Source of the DNA: Octopus vulgaris
Taxonomy: Eukaryota
NCBI GenBank assembly: GCA_951406725.2
Contig: OX597823.1
Coordinates: 106,578,001-106,642,000 of the forward strand
Length of the DNA: 64,000 bases
Reading direction: 5' to 3'
Positions 26,821 to 41,723 of this stretch are shown in pieces. Below the pieces are notes generated by a model. The model saw only the letters and a program-made list of their open reading frames with translations. It was not told the DNA's origin and ran no database searches. The position numbers and the translations under genes were made by a program. Within the stretch, counting starts at the first letter, position 1; each line of letters opens with the position of its first letter.

Positions 26821-27298
26821 TATGAATGGTTAAATCTAGTTATTGTGGTTGTTGTTGTGAATGCTGTGTTAATTATGGCACATGTATGGATCCCGATCTG
26901 TTCTACTTCCGCAGACATATCTTAAAGGATTTAGCGGTACAACTAAGCGGCTGAGCAATGATTATGTTCATAACCGTCCGTTTTTATATCTGTGTTCGTG
27001 TGTGGGGGCCTGAATATTGATACTCTGCTTAGGTTAAGAAACGATAACAAGTGAAACTCTTGTAAATGTAATTATAAGCTTTCACCGCATATTGACTACG
27101 GAGGAGATCTAATCTAAAGGCATCCAAGCCCCTGTGAAAAAGTGAGTATTGCTAAGTGCGGGAATGGTCATCTCACGCGCGCTAATGCCCACTTTTTTTT
27201 CCGTGAGGGCTTTCTATGGCCTAATATTTGACTATTTTCTATAGTCAATATACGGTGAAATATTGATATATATGCCAGCTTGTCGCTTGATCACATAT

Positions 27299-27365
27299 AC
27301 TAAAGGCGGTGCTCCAGCATGGCCACAGTGAAATGACTGAAACAAGTAAACGAGTAAAAGAGTAA
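27299..27365 (+). mobile_element. SINE-A 3' tail fragment
   Basis: actaaaggcggtgctccagcatggcc...gactgaaacaagtaaa. Confidence 0.75.
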
Positions 27366-27797
27366 AAAAGCGTATACACAGACGTATATATATATTGACA
27401 AATTCAGATACAAACACCGGTTATCAAACGGTGACACAATGATACATATAGACACACATACACACATTCACATACGCACACGCATACACATACACTTGTA
27501 CACACACACATACACCACACACAAATATATATAAACGACTGTATGTATTAAGTATGTATGTATGTATGTATGTATGTATGTATGTATGTATGTATGTATG
27601 TGTGTAGCAATGTATTTATGCATATGTATAAAAATGTGTACTCGTATGTACGTATAAGTGCATGCATGGTTGTATGTATGTGTGTATGATTCATTGGAAT
27701 TTGAATGAGAAAAGATCAACAATCAAAGAGAAATTGTAAGAACTTCAGAGTAGAGGAAAACGGAGAGAGAGACTGGGAGAGAGATAAAGAGAGATAT

Positions 27798-27845
<48 letters not shown>

Positions 27846-28607
27846 AGAGAGAATGACAGTCAGACATTCAGACAGACAAACAGATAGCTAAACAGATTTA
27901 GGATGGGTGTTGCAGACTTTTGTTTTACATTGGTTTTGGTGATTAAAGTTAAGCCGGGGCTTTGGCGTCACTAAGTCGGACATAGTGTCAGGAAGGGCGT
28001 TAAAGGCCTCAGACCGGAAGCGACAGTGTGTGTGTATGTGTGTGTGTGTGTGAGTGTGTGTGTGCGAGCGAGTATGTGTGGTTGTGTGTGTGTGTGTGTT
28101 GTGTGCGGGGAGGTAGGAGAGGGTGACTACTGTTGCTGCTACTGCTGCTGCTGTTGTTGAAAAAAAGAGAAAAAGGGATGAAGCAGGATAGAATAGGAGG
28201 AAAAGATGGGTAAAGGAGAAGCGAACGCCAAATCACTGTAAAATAAACAATAAAATATCAAAAATCAAATCAAATAAATAAATTAAAGACTAGAAAATGA
28301 TAAAGAAAAGGAAAGAGGGGAAAGATGAGTCGAAGGGGAGGGGAAGGAAAAACAGGAAGTAAAATTTTAGCAAGCATCAAGGCGATGGAGGGACGCTGTG
28401 ATGAGAAGAGAAAATATAAAAAAAATAGGGTGGTTTGGTTTAAATATTCATAATAGGGAAGAAAGATAATAAATTTTGTATAATTTTTCAGTCTCGTGTG
28501 TAAGACCTTGTGTATACATGTCTTTATATATACATTATGTATATTATATATAAAAAAATATGTATGCATTGTATGTATGTATGCATATATATATATATAT
28601 ATATATG

Positions 28608-28890
28608 ATACAAAATGGGACAAGAACGCAAAACATCCGGACAACTAGATGATACAAAAAGGGACAAGAAAACATCCAGATAGACGACACAAAAAAACAA
28701 GGACGGGTCATTCGAAGCCTTTTATCCTCAGTCAAGAACTGGATCATCCTCGCAATTTTGGCTGATTAATCTTGAGATTGCTCCAATCTGGCCAGCCCCA
28801 AGGAAAAACTAAGCTAAAAGCATTAGATTCCTTGGAAAAAAGCATCGAATGTATACGAAAACAAGAACGGAAAACAGACAATGTTACATG
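28608..28890 (-). mobile_element. pLTR-like short repeat (family of 16755-16850)
   Basis: Shared sequence; abuts (TA)n at both ends. Confidence 0.6.
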
Positions 28891-29149
28891 AATGTATATA
28901 TATATATATATACACATATATATATAATAATTATAGTATATTCTGTTGAGAACGTTGTGGAGTAAAGTGCAAAGCTCGTCCACCTTCAGATTTACCCTGT
29001 GTTATCCAATAATAAGTATTACACGTATTTCCACGATTGTGTTCGAGCATCTGTCGTGTGTGAATCTATAATTGAAAAAACACGGGGTACGGTTAAACAT
29101 TTATTTCTTAATCACTACAATTGTTTCCACGCAACATAGTATTCTTTCA

Positions 29150-29651
<502 letters not shown>

Positions 29652-29682
29652 TATGCATATATATATTTTTTCTTTTAGTTGT

Positions 29683-30010
29683 GCGGGCATGCTGGAGCAC
29701 CGCCATTAATCGAACAAATCGACCCCATGACTTATTCTCAGTAAGCCTAGTACTTACTCTATCGGTGTCTTTTGCCGAACCGTTAAGTTACGGATAGGCA
29801 AATACACCAGCATCGATTGTCAAGCGATGGTGGGAGACAAATACACACATATGAATTCTTTCAGTTTCCGTCTAACAAATCTACTCACAAGGCCTTGGTC
29901 GGTCGGAGGCTAAAGTAGTAGATACCTGCTCATGGTGCCACACAGGGGGACTGAAGACGGAACCATGTGGTTGGTAAGCAAGCTATTTACCACACAGCCA
30001 CTCCTGTGCC
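29683..30010 (-). mobile_element. SINE-A
   Basis: Head ends at 30010. Confidence 0.85.
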
Positions 30011-30018
30011 TATATATA

Positions 30019-30420
30019 GGCGCAGGAGTGACTGTGTGGTAAGTAGCTTGCTAACCAACCACATGGTTCCGGGTTCAGTTCCACTGCGTGGCATCTTGGG
30101 CAAGTGTCTTCAGCTATAGCCCCGGGCCGACCAATGCCTTGTGAGTGGATTTGGTAGACGGAAACTGAAAGAAGCCTGTCGTATATATGTATACATATGT
30201 ATATGTATGTGTGCGTATGTGTTTGTGTTTGTCTCCCTAGCATTGCTTGACAACCGATGCTGGTGTGTTTACGTCCCCGTCACTTAGCGGTTCGGCAAAA
30301 CAGACCGATAAAATAAGTACTGGGCTTACAAAGAATAAGTCCCGGGGTCGATTTGCTCGACTAAAGGCGGTGCTCCAGCATGGCTGCAGTCAAATGACTG
30401 AAACAAGTAAAAGAGAAAGA
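30019..30420 (+). mobile_element. SINE-A full length
   Basis: ggcgcaggagtg head, B-box GGTTCAGTTCC, CORE-like tggcatcttgggcaagtgtctt, tail aacaagtaaaagag. Confidence 0.9.
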
Positions 30421-30421
30421 T

Positions 30422-30478
<57 letters not shown>

Positions 30479-31165
30479 GTATGTAAGTATGTATATATGT
30501 ATGTATATATGTATATATATATATAGGTGTGTGTGTGTATTTATGTATCTATGTGTGTGTGTGTGTGCGCGTGTGTATACGTGTATGTGTCCGAGTGATT
30601 TTCCTTAGCTGACCTTTAAGGTAGGCTAAGGAAAATCGCATGTGTAACCAACCATGAAGAATAAATCAGCACTAAAAAGAAATAAAATACCAATCCCTTT
30701 AGAACGGCAACCACTTTAACAGTACCAGAATCACTATCCCACTACATCTACGCATTCAAAGCTTTTTGCCTACGGCCCTTCAGCAACAACACACCCTGAA
30801 AAGCTCAGTGACTACTGCTAAAGTCAGGCCACTACAGAGTAGATGTTCTTGTAGCTGAGAATTTCAGACTTACGGAGACAATATTTACATATCCCCTGAG
30901 GAAACACAACTACATCTCATACTGCAGGGAAACGGTTGTATAATCAAGTAACTGCACTGCTGGAGAACTACGTTACGTGGAAACAATTGTAATGATTGAA
31001 AAATAAATGTCCATCCGTACCCCTTCTCGTTGACTCAATTTTTTTCCAATTATATGTGTGTGTGCGTGCGCGCGCGTATGTATGTATATTGATTTATATA
31101 TCTATTCCTATATCTGTCTACCTATCTATTAATCTGTCTATCATTTTTCTCTCTCTATCTCTCCG

Positions 31166-31310
31166 GTGGTGGTGTGTTTACGTCCCCGTAACTTAGCAGT
31201 TCCGCCTAAGACAGCGGTAGAATAAGTTCTGGAGTCGATTTCTTCGACTAAAAATCCCCCTTGAAGGCGGTGCTCCAGTATGGCCGCAGTTCAAATAGAA
31301 GAATAAAAGA
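31166..31310 (+). mobile_element. SINE-A 3' module
   Basis: Similarity to other copies. Confidence 0.75.
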
Positions 31311-31329
31311 ATGAAAGAATATACATACA

Positions 31330-31366
<37 letters not shown>

Positions 31367-31772
31367 ACGAAAATATTTCTTTCTTTCGTGCAAAACTGTT
31401 AGCAGAGAACATTTTTCTGTAAAAGGAGAAATAACTCCAGCAATTCAGTTTGTAAAAGTATATTATTGTGCGAAATGAAAAAAACATTTTGATAACCTTT
31501 AATTTTTGAAATACTGGCAGCCAAACCAACTAGATCCCAAAATAGTAAATTGGGGATCCACAATAAAATTTCAAGAGCCCCTGAAAAAATGTTGCTGGTA
31601 TATATTGCAAGAAACAGCTAGGTTACTTTCTCTAACATTTTGCATAATTCAACCTACACAAGTTAATGTGCGAAAAATAAAATAGGAACTTTGAACGAAG
31701 TATCTAGAAAGCTATTCATGAAATATCGAATGGCTGGTATGGCGATATGATACTGACAAGGAGGACGTGCTT

Positions 31773-31835
31773 GAAAGGTGTGTTGACGTAGTGGAAAGAT
31801 GTGTTGACACTGTGGGAAGGTGCGTTGACGTAGTG
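31773..31835 (+). repeat. 21-bp tandem repeat x3 (gaaaggtgtgttgacgtagtg-like)
   Basis: Direct reading. Confidence 0.8.
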
Positions 31836-31892
31836 CTGAGAGTATCGTGCGCTGTCATATTGTTGTAACGTATGTTTGTGACATTACAATAA

Positions 31893-32100
31893 TGGCTTCA
31901 AATTTAGGCACAGAGCTAGTAATTTCAGGAGAGGAGCCAAGTTGATTACATTGACCTCAGTGCTTAACTGGCACTTATTTTATTGACACCGAAAGGATGA
32001 AAGGCAAAATCGACTTCGACGAGATTTGAACTCAGAACATAAAGGCGGACGAAATGGCGCTAAGCACTTTGTTCGGCGTCCTAACGATTCTGCCAGCTCG
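31893..32100 (-). mobile_element. SINE-B (alternative tail), diverged
   Basis: Similarity to other copies. Confidence 0.8.
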
Positions 32101-32574
32101 ATGCCTAATGCGTCATTATACTTACTAATCGTGGTCAAAATAGTGTGAGGACGTCGGGCCATAGGGACTGTGTTAGGGTGGTCACTGTAATGTTGAGGTA
32201 AGGTGGCGGTGTGGTGGCGGTGGTGGTGGTGGTGGTGGTGGTGGTTTTGGTGGCGGCGGCGCTGGTGCAGTTGTGAGTGGTATAGCCATGGTGTTGTGGG
32301 GTGTAGTGCCTTTGCAGCTAATTAGAGGTAAGTCTAGCGGAAATGGAATAAACTGCCTTCTAATTAGAAAAAGGAGCCAAATTATTTATAAGTTGTACTC
32401 TGTAGCAGGTAGCGCTTGATAACAGAACAGACACACACACAGATACACACACATACATGCTATGAGACTAGAAATACATATTTATTAACATATCGACATA
32501 CACACTGGCAATGAAAATAACACACACGCGAACACACACGGTTAATGGTATTACCAAGAATGGTATTACCAAGT

Positions 32575-32807
32575 AGGCGGCGAGCTGGCAGAAACGTTAG
32601 CACGCCGGGCGAAATGCGTAGCCGTATTTCGTCTGTCGTTAACGTTCTGAGTTCAAATTCCGCCGAGGTCGACTTTGCCTTTCATCCTTTCGGGGTCGAT
32701 AAATTAAGTACCAGTTACGTACTGGGGTCGATGTAATCGACCTAATACCTATGTCTGTCCTTGTTTGTCCCCTCTGTCTTTAGCCCCTTGTGGGTAATAA
32801 AGAAATA
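32575..32807 (+). mobile_element. SINE-B full length with TSD
   Basis: ggtattaccaagaa at 32547-32560 and 32808-32821. Confidence 0.9.
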
Positions 32808-32877
32808 GGTATTACCAAGAAGCAGAATGCCTGATATGAAGTTTACTTTATGGGAGAAAAAATAACTATGTGTATTT

Positions 32878-33323
32878 CTCTTTTATTCTCTTTTACTTGT
32901 TTCAGTCATTTGACTGCGGCCATGCTGGAGCACCGCCTTTTAGTCGAGCAAATCGTCCCCAGGACTTATTCTTTGTAAGCCTAGTACTTATCCTATCGGT
33001 TTCTTTTGCCGAACCGCTAAGTAACGGGGACGTAAACACACCAGCATCGGTTGTCAAGCGATGTTGGGGAGACAAACACAGACACACAAACACACACACA
33101 CACACATATATATATATGTACATATATATATATGCACATATATATATATATATATATATACGACGGGCTTCTTTCAGTTTCCGTCTACCAAATCCACTCA
33201 CAAGGCTTTGGTCGGCCCGAGGCTATAGTAGAAGACACTTGCCTAAGGTGCCACGTAGTGGGACTGAACCCGGAACTGTGTGGCTGGTAAGCAAGCTACT
33301 TACCACACAGCCACTCCTGCGCC
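32878..33323 (-). mobile_element. SINE-A full length
   Basis: Full architecture; head abuts (TA)n. Confidence 0.9.
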
Positions 33324-33337
33324 TATATATATGTATA

Positions 33338-33386
<49 letters not shown>

Positions 33387-33952
33387 GAGTGTGTGTATAC
33401 ATATGTATGTATATATATATGTATATATATATAAATGTATATATATATATATATATGTATATATATGTGTGTATATATATATATGTATATACATTTGTAC
33501 ACACATATATGTGTGTGTGTGTGTATGTATATATATATATGTGTGAAAAGGTTGAGTTCTATTTCATCCTTTACTTTGGGGGTGGGGGTTCCAAAGTTTG
33601 ATTTCTAATAAAGATTCTTCATATTACATTGGTAGCTTATTGTCGTAAGAATTTTTACGAATATGAAAATGCTACAAGTATGTTATGAGCATTTATAGAA
33701 CACATGTCCTAACAAACAATTAAAGATGGAGAAGAAAAGGTGTTAAGAGTTTAGAAAATTTAATCCATGCATACGACCTTTTTGAATGGTAACACCAACA
33801 TGTAAGAAACATAGCAAAAAAAATTAGAAGTTAATTTAATTATAATTATATTAATTGCATATTGCTGATCTCCTCTGTACGAAAAAAGAATACATCAAAA
33901 AATACTTCAGAAAAATATTACATTGTTACAGAAGACCAGATGGAGTGAATGT

Positions 33953-34304
33953 CACCAAGCAACAATTATTACCCATAATTTCTCTAAATTTACTTTCATC
34001 GGGTGTACACAAAATTCTTTAAAATTAAGATTAAATAATCATAAATCATCCTTTAATAACCCTAGAAAAGAAAACAGCACAGTTCTATCCAAAAAGGTTT
34101 GGCAACTTAAAAGAAGCAATATTGATTACTTGATTTTTTGGAAAATAATTTCTTCAGTCCCATCATAATAACAAGATCTGCAAGTTATGCCTCGAAGAAA
34201 GTTATAAAATAATGAAAATGAACGGCCTTCTTGTTAATTCGAGAGAAGAAAAAGTTTTTTCTTGCAGACATATATCAAAATTCCTTTTCATTAATCTTAA
34301 ATAA
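33953..34304 (+). pseudogene. Penelope-like GIY-YIG endonuclease C-terminal remnant (second lineage, Naiad-like CxLC...CRH)
   Basis: HQATIIT...FIGCTQNSLKLRLNNHKSSFNNPRKENSTVLSKKVWQLK...IFWKII, frameshift, NNKICKLCLEESYKI...LVNSREEKVFSCRHISKFLF*. Confidence 0.85.
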
Positions 34305-34671
34305 TCTTCCACACTACCTTAACTCTTTTTATCTTATTCCTTCTTATAATTAATTTTTTTTGTATAATACCTGTCTACATTATATCTACCTATGGTACCA
34401 GATTTCTATTCTATAATACTGTCTACATTAATTATCTTAAACTTGATGGATATTCATTATCATTCAACCAACCCCCTCTATATTGTATGACCCTCCTTTT
34501 ATCAATATAACAATCTCTACAAAATCTTCTTATACCTTCCTCTTTTTCTCAACACACTTTTAGACAATTTTTGGACCTTCCCTAAATAAACATATATATA
34601 TATACATTAATTTGTCTGTAATTTATTCCTTTTACAATATGTACTTAGATACGCCCCTCTCTTACCTATTC

Positions 34672-34673
34672 CA

Positions 34674-34763
<90 letters not shown>

Positions 34764-34862
34764 TAGCATATTTTTTACATCGTGCTTTCACTTCACTACC
34801 GAGCGCAGCTCTGTGTGCCTTGGGTATATGCTGTGATTTGTTGTGATGCTCTGATGGTTATT

Positions 34863-34930
<68 letters not shown>

Positions 34931-34936
34931 GTTATC

Positions 34937-35023
<87 letters not shown>

Positions 35024-35063
35024 TTTATCGTTATCATTATTATTATTATTATTATTATCGTTA

Positions 35064-35137
<74 letters not shown>
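34672..35137. repeat. Long (TTA)n microsatellites
   Basis: Direct reading; source of the poly-L/N/Y/I ORFs. Confidence 0.95.
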
Positions 35138-35138
<1 letters not shown>

Positions 35139-35543
35139 GTAATTGCCAATTTGTATGATGCTTATTTACTTTTTACTATTGATATATGAAAACACTTTTA
35201 ATACCTTTTCGGTGTCAATTTTGACTTTATATATTTTTTTATTATTTCTTTCCCCTCTTTCCTTCCTTCTTATTCGTAACCTATTCCATTTGTATAATGT
35301 ACTAAAAAAAAAAACTACCACTCATAACTATCCCAATTTTAATTATTTTATTATTTAGGGTTCCTCGCAAATCTACCTGATGTTAATCAAATCTTACAGA
35401 TGATATATGCTATACTTATATTTCTTGGTGCACAAAAACCCCTTCCACAAAATGTATACACTTTCATAGCTTTCGTTTATTATTTATTATTTTGTGTTAT
35501 ACATCTAAATAGACTTATGATATTTTCATCATTTTACTACTAC

Positions 35544-35576
<33 letters not shown>

Positions 35577-35657
35577 GATTGCTATTATTTTTAGTGCTAC
35601 TAATTGATTTTTAAGTTTATACTAATACCGATTAACAGATTATATATATATATATAA

Positions 35658-35720
<63 letters not shown>

Positions 35721-36053
35721 CGTGTATGTGTGTATGTACGTATGTACCTGGTATCTTTTAGATACCCTTAATTATAATTATTACCTATAAGGTTTTTATT
35801 CCCATGCTGGCCACTTGATATGATCGGTATTTTAAATAACGATGTTATTCTTGTTTATATAAATTCATATATTTACTTCGTCGTTATATTCACTGCGGGA
35901 ATGGTATTTTGACCATATAACACGAGCAATTTAGACGGGCAATTAAACTGGTCGTGTACATACGTACATATATATGTGTGTATACGTGCGTATATGTAAG
36001 TATTCGTATGTTGTATATATATATAAATCTGTAATTATGTACTATTTGTGGAT

Positions 36054-36111
36054 ATCTCACTGATGAGGCAGAGTATAGTTTTATGCGAAGCCAGAAATCC
36101 GGATCTGGGAT
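36054..36111 (+). ncRNA. Type I hammerhead ribozyme motif
   Basis: Stem I ATCTCA/TGGGAT; CTGATGA 36060-36066; stem II GGC/GCC; extra A then GAAA 36094-36097; palindrome TCCGGA; AUC site after 36105. Confidence 0.8.
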
Positions 36112-36347
36112 TATACAATAATTTTTAGTAGCTTTTTTTTGGTATTTGTTTTTTCTCCTGGTGCTGTATGAATACATGATGTGGTTTTATAATCAAGTTT
36201 TGCCTGCTATCTCTAACAAAACACTTCGTCTCACATCAATGTGAATAAGTGCCAAACTTAAAAAATACGTACTGGGGTCGATTTGCACTCCGCGTATCAG
36301 GGTTTGTGATTATATAGTTGTTGTCTTATATAGCATGTCGAAACCGA

Positions 36348-36390
<43 letters not shown>

Positions 36391-36391
<1 letters not shown>

Positions 36392-36597
36392 TCTTTTCTC
36401 TTTTACTTGTTTCAGTCAGTTGACTGCGGCCATGCTGGAGCACCGCCGTTAGTTGAGCAACTCGACCCCAGGACTTATTCTTTGTAAGCCCAGTACTTAT
36501 TCTATCGGTCTCTTTTGCCGAACCGCTAGATGACGGGGACATAAATACACCAGCATCGGTTGTCAAGCAATGCTAGGGGACAAACACAGACACACAA

Positions 36598-36630
<33 letters not shown>

Positions 36631-36801
36631 CATATATACGACGGACTTCTTTCAGTTTCCGTCTATCAAATCCACTCACAAGGCATTGGTCGGCCCGGGG
36701 CTATAGCAGAAGACACTTGCCCAAGATGCCACGCAATGGGACTGAACCCGGAACCATGTGGTTGGTAAGCAAGCTACTTACCACACAGCCACTCCTGCGC
36801 C
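36391..36801 (-). mobile_element. SINE-A full length within (TA)n
   Basis: Full architecture present. Confidence 0.9.
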
Positions 36802-36805
36802 TATA

Positions 36806-36849
<44 letters not shown>

Positions 36850-37217
36850 CATACATACATACACGCGCGCATTTTGAATGTGATGCGAATATATTTCTGC
36901 ATGTATTATTGCATTATGTATATATCTATTATGAACGTATGTATTTAATTATATATGTAGGCATCTGAATGTTTGTATATATCTAGCTATATACGTATGC
37001 AATAAGTATTTAAAAAAATATCAAAAAGAAAAGGTATAGTTAGTAATAAACTTGCATTAATCATTTCCAGAATTATATAATTAAACTGTAATAAAAAAAA
37101 TACTATCTTACCTACGTACACATATTTTTGGGTGTGTGTATTTCCGTGTGGGTATGTATACAAGCATGTGTGAATATTTACAACTATAAGTATAAGCCTG
37201 TATAAATGTATGTATGT

Positions 37218-37286
<69 letters not shown>

Positions 37287-37702
37287 TATCTATGTATACA
37301 TGTATGCATTATATGTATATATGCATATGTGTATATGTGTGAGTGTGTGTGTGTATACATATGTATGTATATGGGTGTGGGAAGTAGATATGTTGTCTGT
37401 TTTAAACCTTTCATTATCCGATTTCGTGATGGTGTCATTAAAATCCTGCCGCGTGCCCTAACAGACACAGGATATACATTAAAGAAAGAAAATCATAAGA
37501 AAAGGATACAACAACAACAACGACAACAACAAAACCGGTAATATTTAATATATAGGAACAACAATAGCAACAATAAAACTATAGGTCGAGAACGTTCCAT
37601 CATGATGTACTTCAGGGTAGACATTTTTATTTCAGATAAAGAACTAAATAAAATGAATAATTAAAAGAATAAATATATACATAAATAATAATGATGATGA
37701 TG

Positions 37703-38357
<655 letters not shown>

Positions 38358-38588
38358 AGGCGGCGAGCTGGCAGAATCTTTAGCACGCCGGGCGAAATGC
38401 GTAGCCGTATTTCGTCTGCCGTTGCGTTCTGAGTTCAAATTCCGCCGAGGTCGACTTTGCCTTTCATCCTTTCGGGGTCGATTAAATAAGTACCAGTTAC
38501 GCACTGGGGGTGGATGTAGTCGACTTAATCCGTTTGTCTGTCCTTGTTTGTCCTCTCTATGTTTAGCCCCTTGTGGGTAATAAAGAAA
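38358..38588 (+). mobile_element. SINE-B full length
   Basis: Similarity to other copies. Confidence 0.9.
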
Positions 38589-38616
38589 CATATATATATA
38601 TATATATGTGTGTGTG

Positions 38617-38666
<50 letters not shown>

Positions 38667-39764
38667 AATATAAATATAAATATATATAAATATATATATA
38701 TATATTTGTATATATATATAAATTGCTGCCAACTAACAAGAGAATATGGTATAGAAGTCATTATAGGCTCTGTACACAGCATTCACACATACATACATGG
38801 GTGTGCATGTATCTGGGAATTCTCACGTACACATACATAGATACATACATATATACATGCATGCATTCATACACACACGCACTCACACACACACAAACAC
38901 ACACACACACGCACACATATGTTGTAAATGTTATGATTTTGAAAATCCAAAACAGTGCGAGTTATCTTTTACTTGTTTCAGTCATTAGACTACGGCCATA
39001 TTGGACCACTGCCTTGAAGCGTGTGTATGTTTTTGAATATGAGGAGGGAGCAGTTTGAATGCGAAAGGGTAGCATTGCTATATTAGCTAATCAGCTGTGC
39101 TACTATGTAGTGTATTAATTCATATGTAGTAATCGCAATGAATCCTATACTAGAATACTATCAGATAACTCCAAATTTGTTTAAGGCTGATGATTCTTCT
39201 ATCGAATTACCTACCCATACGGAAATTCCTCATTCGTGATATCTAGGTCTCTATTGACACCACGGAACGAGCCAATAGGAACCAGAGAATAAAAGGGGCC
39301 GTCATCATAGCAAGACCAAACCCCGTTTTACCAACAGAATCCAGCCGCCTGCAGCCAAATAACACTTATAGCAATGATATTCTTTGGAGACAAAGCTTTC
39401 CATTCCATATCTGCATACGTGTACATACACTACAGAGCAGAAAAGCTAGCTTGTAACACCAGATTTCCGATTCCTTTTTCATGAAGAGGTTGTTTAGTCT
39501 CAAATATCGGAAATTATGATAAAAATGCAAACCATTGACTTATCCCAGTGTTGGCTTTCCAAAAACATTAAAAACAATTTCTAAACTATTTTATTTTATC
39601 TCTAACACACATGCATATTTTACCCGCTTAATTTTTTAAATTCAGAAATAAGGTAAGTAATTATTATTATTGCTATATTGTTGTATTATTGTTATATATA
39701 TCATATTGTTATATAATATTGTTATATTATTATTATTGTTATTATTGTTATATTGCAACAAGGT

Positions 39765-39955
39765 TGGTGGATTAGCATAATCAGTTGAATGGTAGTCAAC
39801 AATGTCGAATGGTATTATTACTTTCTAAGTTCTAATTCTGCCGTGATCACCTTTGCTTCCTGACTCAATAAACCATCTTATCAATCTAGCTTGGTGTCGA
39901 TGTAAGCGACCATTGCTCTCGCTTCAAATTGCTTGCCTTGTGCCTAAATGTGAAA
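39765..39955 (+). mobile_element. SINE-B, highly degenerate
   Basis: ttctaagttctaattctgccg...ctttgct...tgtcgatgtaa...gccttgtgccta. Confidence 0.55.
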
Positions 39956-41723
39956 TAATTATCATCGCTAGAATTATGAGGACAGAGTGTTATGTGTAAA
40001 ATGTGGGTAAAATTGTCGGAAACAACAGTGAATCTTTGTCAGCATTTTCTGTTCTGTGGGGGAACGTGTCGAGAGAAACATCCGTCTATAAAATGGATTT
40101 ATTCAGTCTGTCCAGTAGAAACAAGGTCATTAGGCTTTCCAGGGCTTTCCTAATTTTAAAGAAACGGTGGTGCATCAGCATGGCCGCAGCTCTGAGCTGA
40201 AACTAGAGAGAAAAAAAAGTATAGAAAGAACTAACTAACAAATGACACAGTGTGACTGTATATACTAACCTTCTGAACGTAAGATCTAACCAGACAGAGA
40301 TCAGGAAATGCTCGTAACGACTACAGTGTTTGTGACCAAACTCTCTATAACAATGAATGTATCCCTGACAATTGCTGAAAAATATCGGTAAGTTCAGATA
40401 CGTGTTATACTTAGAGCATTTTCCCTTCCGGATGAGGACGATTTTACTGGATCTAGGAAGCCATTTAGTGGCCCAAGACATATATCAAGAATATTTGTCT
40501 GTGTTAGAGAGCTTCATAATTTCCAATAGGTCGAGCAACCTGGTTTTTTCTGGTCCAGTTAAGATTATTACCGGTCGTATCTAACTCTGCAGTTTTAATG
40601 CGAACTTGAAACGAGCAGAGAATGGAGAGTACGTACAAAAGCATCTCTTAAAGAAGTGTGTAAGGATTCAGCTAAGATTTCCAGACCATTTAAATCAATT
40701 GTAGACGATTAGGTGATCCATATATTGGAGTAATTGAAAACAATAGCAAAGACTATCCTCATGGTTTATTAGTCGCGTACACTGATTAAATCATAGTTAT
40801 TGACATGGTGGATTAGGAAGGTCATCGTGTCATTTCTGAAAGAGATCAGCGATACAACTAACTCTCTCAGGAGCACATCATTATATAGTCATGCTACGAT
40901 TAGCCACGGGTGTAATAACCAATAAGTGGCTGGTACGCTTAGGAAGAAAAGGAATCATTGGAGTGTTACTTAAGTGTCTATTGACAGGGAATTGTAAAGC
41001 GGGAGCGTGAAGCTACATTATGGATGTCCTAATGATACAAATTGACTTGAAGTGGTAAGGATAATCGTAAACTGATTGTTGATGTTAAAAACATAAATGC
41101 TACTTGATTAATGTTAAGTGGGGTTTCTTCCAAGTTTCCGTAGTTTCTTTTTGTCTGGTAAGGTTATAGTGACGGTATATGAACCACTATATTAGTGCCT
41201 TGTTATCGAATCTACTTTCTCGGTAGTTTTTATAAATGATCAGAGACAGAGGTATGATCTTGGTAGTTCATAACACTACATTCACAATCAACAGCGTCTA
41301 ACCTTAACCAATCTCGTAATTTGTGAGATATCAATCCCAGTTTCCTAAGTTGGGAACTAAGTAACATTGCGATGTGCAACAAATCTCAACGTCCAACAGC
41401 CAGTCACTAAATGGCTTTTCTGCTAAGTTGCTGAGGGAATTAATCGATTTTGTCATCAGAGTTTTGCTAACCTGGTTTAGTTGACTGGTTCAGGAGTTTT
41501 AGTGTTGAAAAAAAACGAAAAAAAAAACAAAAACATTGAAACAGAGAAAGGAAGAAAATGCTTTTAAAGTGTACATGCTCATTAACTATATTTTTTGGTG
41601 GCCATTACCAATACGGTGCCATGAGTATAGGCCAAGATGCACACCCTTGGGGAAAACGTTTAAAATGCAAAGTAGAATAGACCCAACTCACCCCACCCTC
41701 AAAGATAAAATAAATAAATAAAA

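Noticed and set aside
30019-30095. tRNA genes at SINE heads
   Set aside because: A/B boxes are present, but they continue into SINE bodies and I cannot fold a full cloverleaf
32870-33388. Recurring ORFs such as [23 protein letters not shown] and [16 protein letters not shown]
   Set aside because: Translations of non-coding SINE-A/SINE-B copies
33863-33880. In-frame TGA upstream of the Naiad-like endonuclease as selenocysteine
   Set aside because: The region is scrambled and the TGA cannot be aligned to a conserved Cys; a decay stop is simpler
37585-37625. Minus-strand CTGAAGT...GAACGTTC motif
   Set aside because: Core mismatches and no stem I
40300-40620. Very old LINE RT remnant on the minus strand (SKIVLIRKGK...)
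   Set aside because: Resemblance too faint to call without blastx
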